NCBI RefSeq assembly: GCF_001457595.1
Contig: NZ_LN831039.1
Span: 6,780,001 to 6,812,000, forward strand
Origin: Mycolicibacterium smegmatis
GTDB taxonomy: Bacteria > Actinomycetota > Actinomycetes > Mycobacteriales > Mycobacteriaceae
Length of the DNA stretch: 32,000 nucleotides
Reading direction: 5' to 3'
In this document: positions 1-6,516 of the stretch, in pieces
Layout of the letters: each line of letters opens with the position of its first letter
Numbering within the stretch: the stretch's first letter is position 1
Made by a program: the position numbers and the translations under genes
The notes under the pieces: model-generated
Database searches by the model: none
Told to the model about the DNA's origin: nothing
What the model saw: the letters and a program-made list of their open reading frames with translations, nothing else

Positions 1-2
1 TG

Positions 3-503
3 CGTGACACCGGGCTGATGAACCAGTTCAACTCCGACGCCAACGCCATCGCGCACGGGCATCAGGTGTGCCGGCGTCTGGAGGACGGCGAACCGCAGCA
101 GGGTCTGCCCGCCGACAAGATCGCCGTCGACACGTTCTGTCCGCATTTCGCCCAGGGCTTCCACGTGCTCGACACCGTCAAGGTGTCCGGGATCTTCGTG
201 CTCACCGACAGTCTGGGTGCCGAAGGAATTGCCGTCGACGGATCCTCGTGCACGGGAAACAGCGGCTACTCCGACATCGGGCCCGACACCGACGTGACCG
301 TGAAGAACGGCAAAGGCGAGATCCTGACCACCACGACGCTCGGCCGCGGGACCGGCGGCTCCGCGGAGTGCCGGTTCACCTTCGCGTTCCCCGTCACCGA
401 AGGTGAGGACCTCTACATCGTCTCGGTCGGCAGACGAGGCGAATTCCGCTACAGCTTCGACCAACTCCGCAGCCGCGGCGTGCAGGTCCACCTGGGGACC
501 TGA
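3..503 (+). CDS. DUF732-like protein with an extra C-terminal beta-rich domain; 5' end cut by the window edge
   Basis: The frame is open from nt 3 with no upstream stop, so the ATG at 18 is probably internal. The N-terminal stretch SDANAIAHGHQVCRRLEDGEP resembles the Cys-containing helical DUF732 motif common in mycobacteria. GC3 bias is strong. Stop TGA at 501-503. Confidence 0.5.
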   Translation, partial: RDTGLMNQFNSDANAIAHGHQVCRRLEDGEPQQGLPADKIAVDTFCPHFAQGFHVLDTVKVSGIFVLTDSLGAEGIAVDGSSCTGNSGYSDIGPDTDVTVKNGKGEILTTTTLGRGTGGSAECRFTFAFPVTEGEDLYIVSVGRRGEFRYSFDQLRSRGVQVHLGT

Positions 504-509
504 GGCCGG

Positions 510-1193
510 TCACCGGTTGGTGTCCGTCTCCTCGGCCGCCAACTTCTCGACGACCTGAGACAGCGTCTGCCAGTTCTGTTCGGTGGCGGCGGCCGCGCCC
601 TCGGCGTCGCGTTTGCGGCACAGGCTCACGATCCTGCGGTGCTGTTCGATGGATTCGCGACCGGAAAGCGCTGAGAAACGCAGATATTCGAGCCGCCGCA
701 GCACCGGGGTGACCTGTTCGAGCACCTGCTCGATCACCTCGTTGCCACTGGCCTGCACCGCCACGCCGTGAAAATGGTCGTCGCTGCGCATCGCGGCCTC
801 GGGATCGCCACGCGAAATGGCCTGAGCGAAAGCGTGGTTGGCCGCGGTCATCGCGTCGAAGTCACTCTTGTCCATGAGCGGCACCGCGGTGCGGACGGCC
901 AGCGCGTGCATCGCGGCCGCGACGCTCTGCGCGTTGAGCACGGCCTGCGGTTCGATCGCGGCGACCACGGTCGAACGCCCCGGCGTGGTGTGCACCAGGC
1001 CTGCCGTCTCCAACCGCGCGAGCGCCTCGCGGATCGGGGTCCGGCTGATGCCCAGCCACTCCTCGAGTTCGGGATCGCGCAGTTTCTCGCCGGGCGCCAG
1101 GGTGCCGTTGACGATCGCGTCCCGGATGGAGACGTAGGCCTGATCGCGCAGCAGCGACCTACGGTGCTTACCGCGCTCTATGGGCACCGGCAT
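510..1193 (-). CDS. GntR-family transcriptional regulator, FadR/FCD subfamily
   Basis: N-terminal winged HTH (LRDQAYVSIRDAIVNGTLAPGEKLRDPELEEWLGISRTPIREALARLETAGLV) plus an all-helical FCD-like C-terminal domain. ATG at 1193. TACGAT (minus strand, 1201-1206) sits 7 nt upstream of the ATG, which suggests a leaderless transcript. Confidence 0.85.
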   Translation of the reverse strand: MPVPIERGKHRRSLLRDQAYVSIRDAIVNGTLAPGEKLRDPELEEWLGISRTPIREALARLETAGLVHTTPGRSTVVAAIEPQAVLNAQSVAAAMHALAVRTAVPLMDKSDFDAMTAANHAFAQAISRGDPEAAMRSDDHFHGVAVQASGNEVIEQVLEQVTPVLRRLEYLRFSALSGRESIEQHRRIVSLCRKRDAEGAAAATEQNWQTLSQVVEKLAAEETDTNR

Positions 1194-1352
1194 GCGACGT
1201 ATCGTATATCGCCATTTGCTGGGCGCCGCCTGTCGGTGGTCTGTGGCCTACTTGTTACGAGAGTTTGTCCCAACTGTCACAGGGGTAACTTTGATAACAG
1301 ACGCGAACAACGCGCCCACAGTCACGAAGAAAGAGTCGAATGGAACACGCTC

Positions 1353-1799
1353 ATGAACACCGTCCTGTACCTCAGCGCCTCCGGCGCGACCTATGAAACC
1401 GATGCATACACCCCGGCCGACATCACCCGCCTGGTCCGCGGCCACGGCCTGCAGAGCCTGACCAGCACCGACCGGCAGTTCGACTTCTGGTTCAGCCCGG
1501 CCCTGCTCCACTGCCAGCGCCGCACCAACCGCGTCGCCACCGAGTTGCTCCTGGCCACCACCGGTTTCACACCCAAAGACGTCCCGCTGCTGCGCGGCGC
1601 GGTGGTGATCGCCACCCACGACACCGACGGCGAACTCGACGGCCTGAGCTGGCAACAACTCGACACTCTCGTCGCCCGGCACCACGCACTGACAAAGCGT
1701 GACCGCAAGAGGCTTCGCCGCCGCATCGGACGTGACTGCCTCCCGGCAGCCGAGTCCCTGATCGGCCCGGCAGCGGGCCGTCCACACGCGCCGGCGTAG
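1353..1799 (+). CDS. hypothetical protein (148 aa), possibly DUF3846-like
   Basis: This is the in-frame ATG at 1353 inside the over-long ORF 768..1799; the upstream part is antisense to the GntR gene. GC3 is very high from 1353 on. The pattern FDFWFSP...NRVATELL...LRGAVVIATHDTDGEL weakly recalls DUF3846. The start has only a weak RBS. Confidence 0.5.
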   Translation: MNTVLYLSASGATYETDAYTPADITRLVRGHGLQSLTSTDRQFDFWFSPALLHCQRRTNRVATELLLATTGFTPKDVPLLRGAVVIATHDTDGELDGLSWQQLDTLVARHHALTKRDRKRLRRRIGRDCLPAAESLIGPAAGRPHAPA

Positions 1800-1924
1800 G
1801 TATCGCTCCATCGACCGTGCCGCCACGGCGAGATCCGAGCCGATCTTCCGCCGTAGCTGCACGGTCGCCGCATCGATGCCCTCTCGCAGCGTTCACACAG
1901 ACACGCTTGCCGTTGACAATGCCA

Positions 1925-1958
1925 CTGAGGAATGTGCAATATATTGCACATTCCTCAG
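1925..1958. promoter_or_regulatory. 34-bp perfect AT-rich palindrome, candidate operator overlapping the acdS promoter
   Basis: CTGAGGAATGTGCAATATATTGCACATTCCTCAG is its own reverse complement, checked base by base. A consensus TTGACA lies at 1913-1918 and a TANNNT hexamer, TATATT, sits at the dyad centre (1940-1945). The palindrome ends 51 nt upstream of the acdS ATG. Confidence 0.6.
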
Positions 1959-2008
1959 CCTGACGGCGTCGGCCCGTCAGGGTGAATCCGCATCCAGTCA
2001 GGAGAACC

Positions 2009-3013
2009 ATGGCGATCGACGACTTCCCGCGTTATCCGCTCACGTTCGGCCCCAGCCCGATCCACCCCCTCGAACGCCTCACCAAACACCTCGGCGGCGC
2101 ACAGATCTGGGCCAAGCGTGAGGACGTCAACTCGGGCCTGGCCTACGGCGGCAACAAGACCCGCAAGCTGGAGTACCTGATCCCCGATGCGCTGGCACAG
2201 GGCGCCGACACCCTGGTGTCGATCGGCGGCGTGCAGTCCAACCACACCCGCCAGGTGGCGGCGGTGGCGGCCAAACTGGGGATGAAAGCCGTTCTGGTGC
2301 AGGAGAAGTGGGTGGACTGGCCGGACTCGGTCAACGACAAGGTGGGCAACATCCTGCTCTCGCGCGTCATGGGCGCCGACGTCCGGCTCGACGCGTCGGG
2401 TTTCGGCATCGAGTTCAAGGACAGCTGGCGCAACGCCATCGAGGACGTCAAGAACGCAGGCGGCACACCGTATGCCATCCCCGCGGGCGCATCCGACCAT
2501 CCGCTCGGCGGCCTCGGCTTCGCGAATTGGGCCTATGAGGTACAGCGGCAGGAGCAGGAACTCGGCGTCTTCTTCGACACCATCGTCGTCTGCACCGTCA
2601 CCGGATCCACCCACGCCGGCATGATCGCCGGTTTCGCCGGACAGAACCGGCCGCGCCGCGTGATCGGCATCGACGCGTCGGCCACGATCGACAAGACCCG
2701 TGAGCAGGTCACGCGCATCGCGCGCAACACCGCGCATCGCATCGGGCTCGGACGCGACCTGCACGACGACGAGATCACGGTGCTCGAGGGCTGGGCCGGC
2801 GAGCTGTACGGCATCCCGGTGCAGTCGACCATCGACGCCATCAAGCTCACGGGCCGCCTCGAAGGCGTCATCCTCGACCCGGTCTACGAGGGCAAGTCCA
2901 TGGCCGGGCTCATCGACCTGGTGCGGTCCGGCGAGATCCCGCCGTCGTCGACGGTGCTCTACGCCCACCTCGGCGGACAGCCCGCGCTCAACGCCTACAG
3001 CGGCATCTTCTGA
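2009..3013 (+). CDS. acdS: 1-aminocyclopropane-1-carboxylate (ACC) deaminase
   Basis: Collinear, high similarity along the whole length to Pseudomonas AcdS as I remember it ([11 protein letters not shown], [25 protein letters not shown], [18 protein letters not shown], VVCx[14 protein letters not shown], LYAHLGGxPALNAY). It keeps the YEGKS Glu and the HLGG Leu that separate true ACC deaminases from D-cysteine desulfhydrases. ATG at 2009 is preceded by GGAGA (2001-2005). Confidence 0.9.
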   Translation: MAIDDFPRYPLTFGPSPIHPLERLTKHLGGAQIWAKREDVNSGLAYGGNKTRKLEYLIPDALAQGADTLVSIGGVQSNHTRQVAAVAAKLGMKAVLVQEKWVDWPDSVNDKVGNILLSRVMGADVRLDASGFGIEFKDSWRNAIEDVKNAGGTPYAIPAGASDHPLGGLGFANWAYEVQRQEQELGVFFDTIVVCTVTGSTHAGMIAGFAGQNRPRRVIGIDASATIDKTREQVTRIARNTAHRIGLGRDLHDDEITVLEGWAGELYGIPVQSTIDAIKLTGRLEGVILDPVYEGKSMAGLIDLVRSGEIPPSSTVLYAHLGGQPALNAYSGIF

Positions 3014-3694
3014 CTACCGTGATTCGATGATCTGCCCGGCGATGTCGACCAGACGCGTGTTGCTGTGCTGCGACAGCTGCCGCATCATCTCGAATGCCTG
3101 CACATCGTCGACCTTGTAGCGCTCCATGATGATGCCCTTGGCCTGGCCGATGCGGTCACGGCTCAGCAGCGCGGTCTTGAGTTGCTCTTCCTGGCGGCTC
3201 GCGACGATCGCCGACGCGGCATGCGCGGCCAGCACCGTGCCGGTGGTCACCGCGTCCTCGTCCCAGTTCATGGGGCTGAACCCGAACAGGTTGAGTGCAC
3301 CCGCCGTGCGGTCGGCGGTGTAGAGCTTGAACGACAGTCCGCTGAGCACCCCGAGCTCGACGCTCGCAGGCGAGTACCGCGGCCACCGCTGCTCAGCACG
3401 GAAGTCCTCGGTGCGCACCACGAGATCGGCCAGCGCGGCCTGTCGGCACGGACCCTCGTCGAACCGCATCTGCAGCTCGTCGAGCGCGTGAGGGAGTTCG
3501 TCGAGTGCCGCGAGCGATTCGAAGGTGTTCCCCGGGCCGATCAGCAGAACACCCGCGGTGTCCACGCCAGGTATGAGCTCTTTGGCGGCGGTGGTGACAC
3601 CGGTCAGGACGTCGGCCAGGCTGCGTGGACTCGCGACGGCACGCGCCAGATCGGCCATGCGCATCGCGAGCTCGTGGTTTCGGCTCTCGCCCAT
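3014..3694 (-). CDS. GAF + ANTAR domain RNA-binding regulator
   Basis: 226-aa product. The C-terminus (LKTALLSRDRIGQAKGIIMERYKVDDVQAFEMMRQLSQHSNTRLVDIAGQII) is a typical ANTAR domain and the N-terminal ~150 aa is GAF-like. ORF 3014..4294 is over-extended and overlaps the CGNR gene out of frame. ATG at 3694 was chosen; M11 and M13 are alternatives. Its stop TAG directly abuts the acdS stop. Confidence 0.8.
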   Translation of the reverse strand: MGESRNHELAMRMADLARAVASPRSLADVLTGVTTAAKELIPGVDTAGVLLIGPGNTFESLAALDELPHALDELQMRFDEGPCRQAALADLVVRTEDFRAEQRWPRYSPASVELGVLSGLSFKLYTADRTAGALNLFGFSPMNWDEDAVTTGTVLAAHAASAIVASRQEEQLKTALLSRDRIGQAKGIIMERYKVDDVQAFEMMRQLSQHSNTRLVDIAGQIIESR

Positions 3695-3719
3695 CCCGGC
3701 ATTCTGCACGACATCTCGG

Positions 3720-4310
3720 TCAGGACGGTCGCGGGTGCTGTGTTCTGGATGTTCTGGCTGTTCCAGCTGTTCTGGCGTAGTGCCGTGCCGCCCGGGCCCG
3801 GTTACCGCACGGCTTGCTGCACCACTCCCGGCGCCCGTCGGTGAGGAAATAGAGGACGCAGCCCGGACCTGGGCAGGCACGCAGTCGGTCGCGCAGAGGG
3901 CCACCGAAAATCCCGACGGCGTTGTCGGCGATGACACCGAGCGCGGTCTCGACCGGATTGCCGGAGCTGCGTTGCACCACGTGCGGTTCCGGGTCGAAGG
4001 CGAGTTCATGCCACCGCGGCGGTGAGGCGGCGTACGCGTTGACGGTCGCCACGGCGTCGGCATCCCACTCGTGGCCTCCGGTGATCGCCGCCGCGATGTC
4101 GCGGATCGCGGCCCGCAACGTCCGCGCGGCGTCGACGTCGCGTCGTGTGACCTCCCGGACTTCAAAGCCGTTGTCCCGCAACCATTGCGTAAGCATCTCC
4201 GGGGTTTCGAGCCCCTCGGCCGGGCGCCCCCGCACGGCGAACGTCGTGTTGGCGAACTCGATGGCCACCGGTTCGCCCAGCAACGGGGCACCACCGGACG
4301 AGCTCTGCAT
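3720..4310 (-). CDS. CGNR zinc-finger protein (ABATE N-terminal domain + CGNR zinc finger), putative nucleic-acid-binding regulator
   Basis: C-terminal CPGPGCVLYFLTDGRREWCSKPCGNRARAARHY is the CGNR zinc-finger signature. GC3 is high. ATG at 4310 has TAACAT (minus strand, 4318-4323) 7 nt upstream, consistent with a leaderless start. Only 25 nt separate it from the downstream ANTAR gene. Confidence 0.8.
   Translation of the reverse strand: MQSSSGGAPLLGEPVAIEFANTTFAVRGRPAEGLETPEMLTQWLRDNGFEVREVTRRDVDAARTLRAAIRDIAAAITGGHEWDADAVATVNAYAASPPRWHELAFDPEPHVVQRSSGNPVETALGVIADNAVGIFGGPLRDRLRACPGPGCVLYFLTDGRREWCSKPCGNRARAARHYARTAGTARTSRTQHPRPS
3741..3776. repeat. Four tandem copies of a 9-bp unit (TGTTCTGGA/TGTTCTGGC/TGTTCCAGC/TGTTCTGGC on the + strand)
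   Basis: Read directly from the sequence. It lies in the 3' end of the CGNR gene, encodes the ART-AGT-ART-SRT tail, and is 47-82 nt upstream of the ANTAR gene start. Confidence 0.9.
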
Positions 4311-4312
4311 CC

Positions 4313-4393
4313 TTCTAATGTTACGCGCCCATTGACAGCGTTAGAAACATATGCCTATCTTCTAATGCGTCAGAAGTTTGCAAAGCATTAGAA
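4313..4393. promoter_or_regulatory. Operator array of two wide-spaced inverted repeats built from four TTCTAATG/CATTAGAA half-sites, in the divergent CGNR / VOC promoter region
   Basis: Half-sites: TTCTAATG 4313-4320, CGTTAGAA 4339-4346 (1 mismatch), TTCTAATGC 4360-4368, GCATTAGAA 4385-4393 (perfect 9-bp inverted repeat, 16-nt spacer). On the + strand, TTGACA (4332-4337), an 18-nt spacer and TATCTT (4356-4361) form a promoter interleaved with the sites. The minus-strand TAACAT -10 overlaps the first site. Confidence 0.6.
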
Positions 4394-4861
4394 ATGGGGT
4401 TCCACATGGCTGGTTTCGCACTGGGGCACGCCGGGATCAACGTCACCGATCTGTCCCGATCGAAGTCGTTCTACCAAACGGTCTTCGGCTTCGACGTCCT
4501 GCGGGAACACACCGACGGCGACAAGCGATTCGCGTTCCTCGGCACCGACGGCGCACTCGCGGTCACGCTGTGGGAGCAGAGCAGCGGGGTCTTCGCCACC
4601 GACCGGCCCGGCCTGCATCACCTGGCGTTCCTGGTCGACGACATCGACGCCGTCCGCGCGGCCGAGGCGCGTGTGCGCGACGCGGGTGCGGAGGTCCTGC
4701 ACGGCGGCGTGGTCCCCCACCAGGAGGGTGCGTCGTCGGGCGGTATCTTCTTCACCGACCCCGATGGCACGCGCATCGAGATCTACTCGGCTACCGGGGC
4801 CGACGTCGTCGGTGCTCACGCAGCGCCCTTCGGTGACGCCCCCACCTGCGGTTTCTTCTGA
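4394..4861 (+). CDS. VOC-family (glyoxalase/bleomycin resistance/dioxygenase) protein
   Basis: LGHAGINVTDLSRSKSFYQTVFGF and HHLAFLVDDID are typical VOC beta-alpha-beta-beta-beta modules. The in-frame ATG at 4406 is an equally plausible start. Confidence 0.8.
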   Translation: MGFHMAGFALGHAGINVTDLSRSKSFYQTVFGFDVLREHTDGDKRFAFLGTDGALAVTLWEQSSGVFATDRPGLHHLAFLVDDIDAVRAAEARVRDAGAEVLHGGVVPHQEGASSGGIFFTDPDGTRIEIYSATGADVVGAHAAPFGDAPTCGFF

Positions 4862-4871
4862 TGGAGTCGTG

Positions 4872-5726
4872 ATGGAACACCCCGGCGAAACCACCCTGCA
4901 GGGCCGGTCCGGCATGTCCGGGCGGCCGTGGGGATCCGCGCACGTCGGCCAGACGATCCCGACGGTCGCCGCCGAGTTCATGAGCGCACAGCGCCTGGCC
5001 GTCGTCGGCGCCCGCGACGATGCGGGACGCGTCTGGGCCGGGCCGCTCACCGGACCGCCGGGGTTCCTGTCGGCACGCGGCGAGACCACCGTGGTGGCCG
5101 CCGCGGTTCCCGGGCCGCTGGATCCGCTGGCCGGCGCGTTCGACACCGGATGCGCCGTCGGCATGCTGATCATCGATTTCACCAGCCGAAAACGCATGCG
5201 GGTCAACGGCATCGCCACGCGCGACGGCGAAAGCCTGATCGTCGAGACCGATCAGGTATATGCCAACTGCCCCAAGTACATCCAGATGCGCGAACCTGCC
5301 GATGCACCGGCACTGCCGCCTCCCAGCCGCACCGTCGGCGCCGAACTCACTGCGGCGCAGCGGGTGTGGATCGAGTCGTCGGACACGTTCTTCATCGCCA
5401 CCCAGGCGGATCCGCACGGGACGGACGCATCGCACCGCGGCGGCCACCCAGGCTTCGTGACCACGTCGTCGGCCTGCCGTCTGTCATGGCCCGAATACTC
5501 GGGCAACCTGATGTACATGACGCTCGGCAACCTTGAGGTCGATTCCCGGGCCGGGTTGCTGTTCGTCGACTGGGAGCGGGGCTCCACACTGCACCTGACC
5601 GGACACGCGCGGACGGACTGGGAGCGCCAGGTGGTCGACTTCGACCTCGAGCAGGTCGTCGAGATCGATGCTGCGATACCGCTGACCTGGACGTTCGTCG
5701 AGTACTCGAAGTTCAACCCGGCCTGA
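4872..5726 (+). CDS. pyridoxamine 5'-phosphate oxidase-like FMN-binding split-barrel family protein
   Basis: The ATG at 4872 lies 10 nt after the VOC stop, so the two genes are likely an operon. The pattern FFIATQADPHGTDASHRGGHPGFV...WPEYSGNLMYMTLGNL...LLFVDW is typical of PNPOx-like proteins. The upstream part of ORF 4671..5726 overlaps VOC out of frame. Confidence 0.65.
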   Translation: MEHPGETTLQGRSGMSGRPWGSAHVGQTIPTVAAEFMSAQRLAVVGARDDAGRVWAGPLTGPPGFLSARGETTVVAAAVPGPLDPLAGAFDTGCAVGMLIIDFTSRKRMRVNGIATRDGESLIVETDQVYANCPKYIQMREPADAPALPPPSRTVGAELTAAQRVWIESSDTFFIATQADPHGTDASHRGGHPGFVTTSSACRLSWPEYSGNLMYMTLGNLEVDSRAGLLFVDWERGSTLHLTGHARTDWERQVVDFDLEQVVEIDAAIPLTWTFVEYSKFNPA

Positions 5727-5769
5727 GCACCCGCATGGTCCCGCCGCCCCCACTTGTATAGTCAGGCGC

Positions 5770-6513
5770 GTGGCGCAGGCACTGCACGTCCAGATCGCTC
5801 GGGATCTCCGTGACCGGATCCGTCGTGGCGAGTTGGGGTTGGGGACGGCCCTGCCGTCGGAATCCCAGCTGTGCGCACAGTGGAAGTCGTCGCGGGGCCC
5901 GGTGCGGCAGGCGCTCACGACGCTGCGCGCCGAGGGGTTGATCACCGGAGGCCCCGGCAAGCCGCCCGTGGTGTGTTCGACGGCCGTGGGCCAGCCCTTC
6001 GACACCCTGCTGTCGTATTCGGCGTGGGCGCACTCGATCGGACGCACACCCGGACAGCACACTCTCGAACTCAGCCTGCGCAGGGCCGATGAGCACGCCG
6101 CGGCGAGCCTGCACGTCGAAGTGGGATCCCCCGTGGTGCAACTGCTCCGGTTGCGTCTGCTCGACGGGTCCCCCGCGATGCTCGAGCGGGCGGCGTTCGT
6201 CGAACGCGTCGGACGCACATTGTTCGACTTCGATTGCGATTCCGGCTCGATCTGGGCCTTCCTGCAGTCGCGCGGCGTCCAACTCGCGACCGCATCGCAC
6301 ACCATCGACGCCGTCGGGGCCGATCCGGTCGACGCCACGAACCTTCAAGTGCCGGAGGGCACTCCACTGCTGCGGCAGCGCCGCACCACACGCGCGGCCG
6401 ACGGCGAGGTCATCGAGTTCCACGACGACCGCTACCTGCCCGGCCTCGTCACCTTCACGTTGGAGAACACGCTCGAGACGCGCACGACGTTGGCGCGCAA
6501 CGCGACACGTTGA
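5770..6513 (+). CDS. GntR-family transcriptional regulator, HutC subfamily (UTRA effector domain)
   Basis: N-terminal HTH (IARDLRDRIRRGELGLGTALPSESQLCAQWKSSRGPVRQALTTLRAEGLI) with a UTRA-like C-terminus. The start is GTG at 5770. TATAGT (5757-5762) lies 7 nt upstream, which suggests a leaderless transcript. Confidence 0.8.
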   Translation: MAQALHVQIARDLRDRIRRGELGLGTALPSESQLCAQWKSSRGPVRQALTTLRAEGLITGGPGKPPVVCSTAVGQPFDTLLSYSAWAHSIGRTPGQHTLELSLRRADEHAAASLHVEVGSPVVQLLRLRLLDGSPAMLERAAFVERVGRTLFDFDCDSGSIWAFLQSRGVQLATASHTIDAVGADPVDATNLQVPEGTPLLRQRRTTRAADGEVIEFHDDRYLPGLVTFTLENTLETRTTLARNATR

Positions 6514-6516
6514 CGC

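Noticed and set aside
1955-2968. 337-aa ORF antisense to acdS. Similar long antisense or out-of-frame ORFs include 768..1352, 1248..1862, 3065..3844, 4388..5218, 5484..6338, 6760..7794, 7569..8633, 9222..10361, 10345..11685, 13681..15000, 16316..17584, 19121..20908, 20575..21612, 22915..24039, 26647..27639, 28417..29697, 29716..31170 and 31174..31977.
   Set aside because: The products are Arg/Gly/Pro-rich and low-complexity with no recognisable domains. Each lies opposite or out of frame to a gene with clear homology and strong GC3 bias. This is the classic high-GC open-frame artefact.
3741-3776. The 9-bp repeats as a canonical ANTAR dual-hairpin target.
   Set aside because: Known ANTAR targets have two stems capped by hexaloops with conserved A1 and G4. 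Here the loops are 5 nt (AACAG) and the stems only 4 bp, so the match fails. The region is kept only as a low-confidence structural oddity.
3014-4294. 426-aa version of the ANTAR protein, and the 319-aa version of the IclR regulator (17440..18399).
   Set aside because: The extensions overlap the CGNR gene or the glpF promoter and start in another frame and strand. They are Arg/Pro-rich, and domain homology begins only at the shorter starts.
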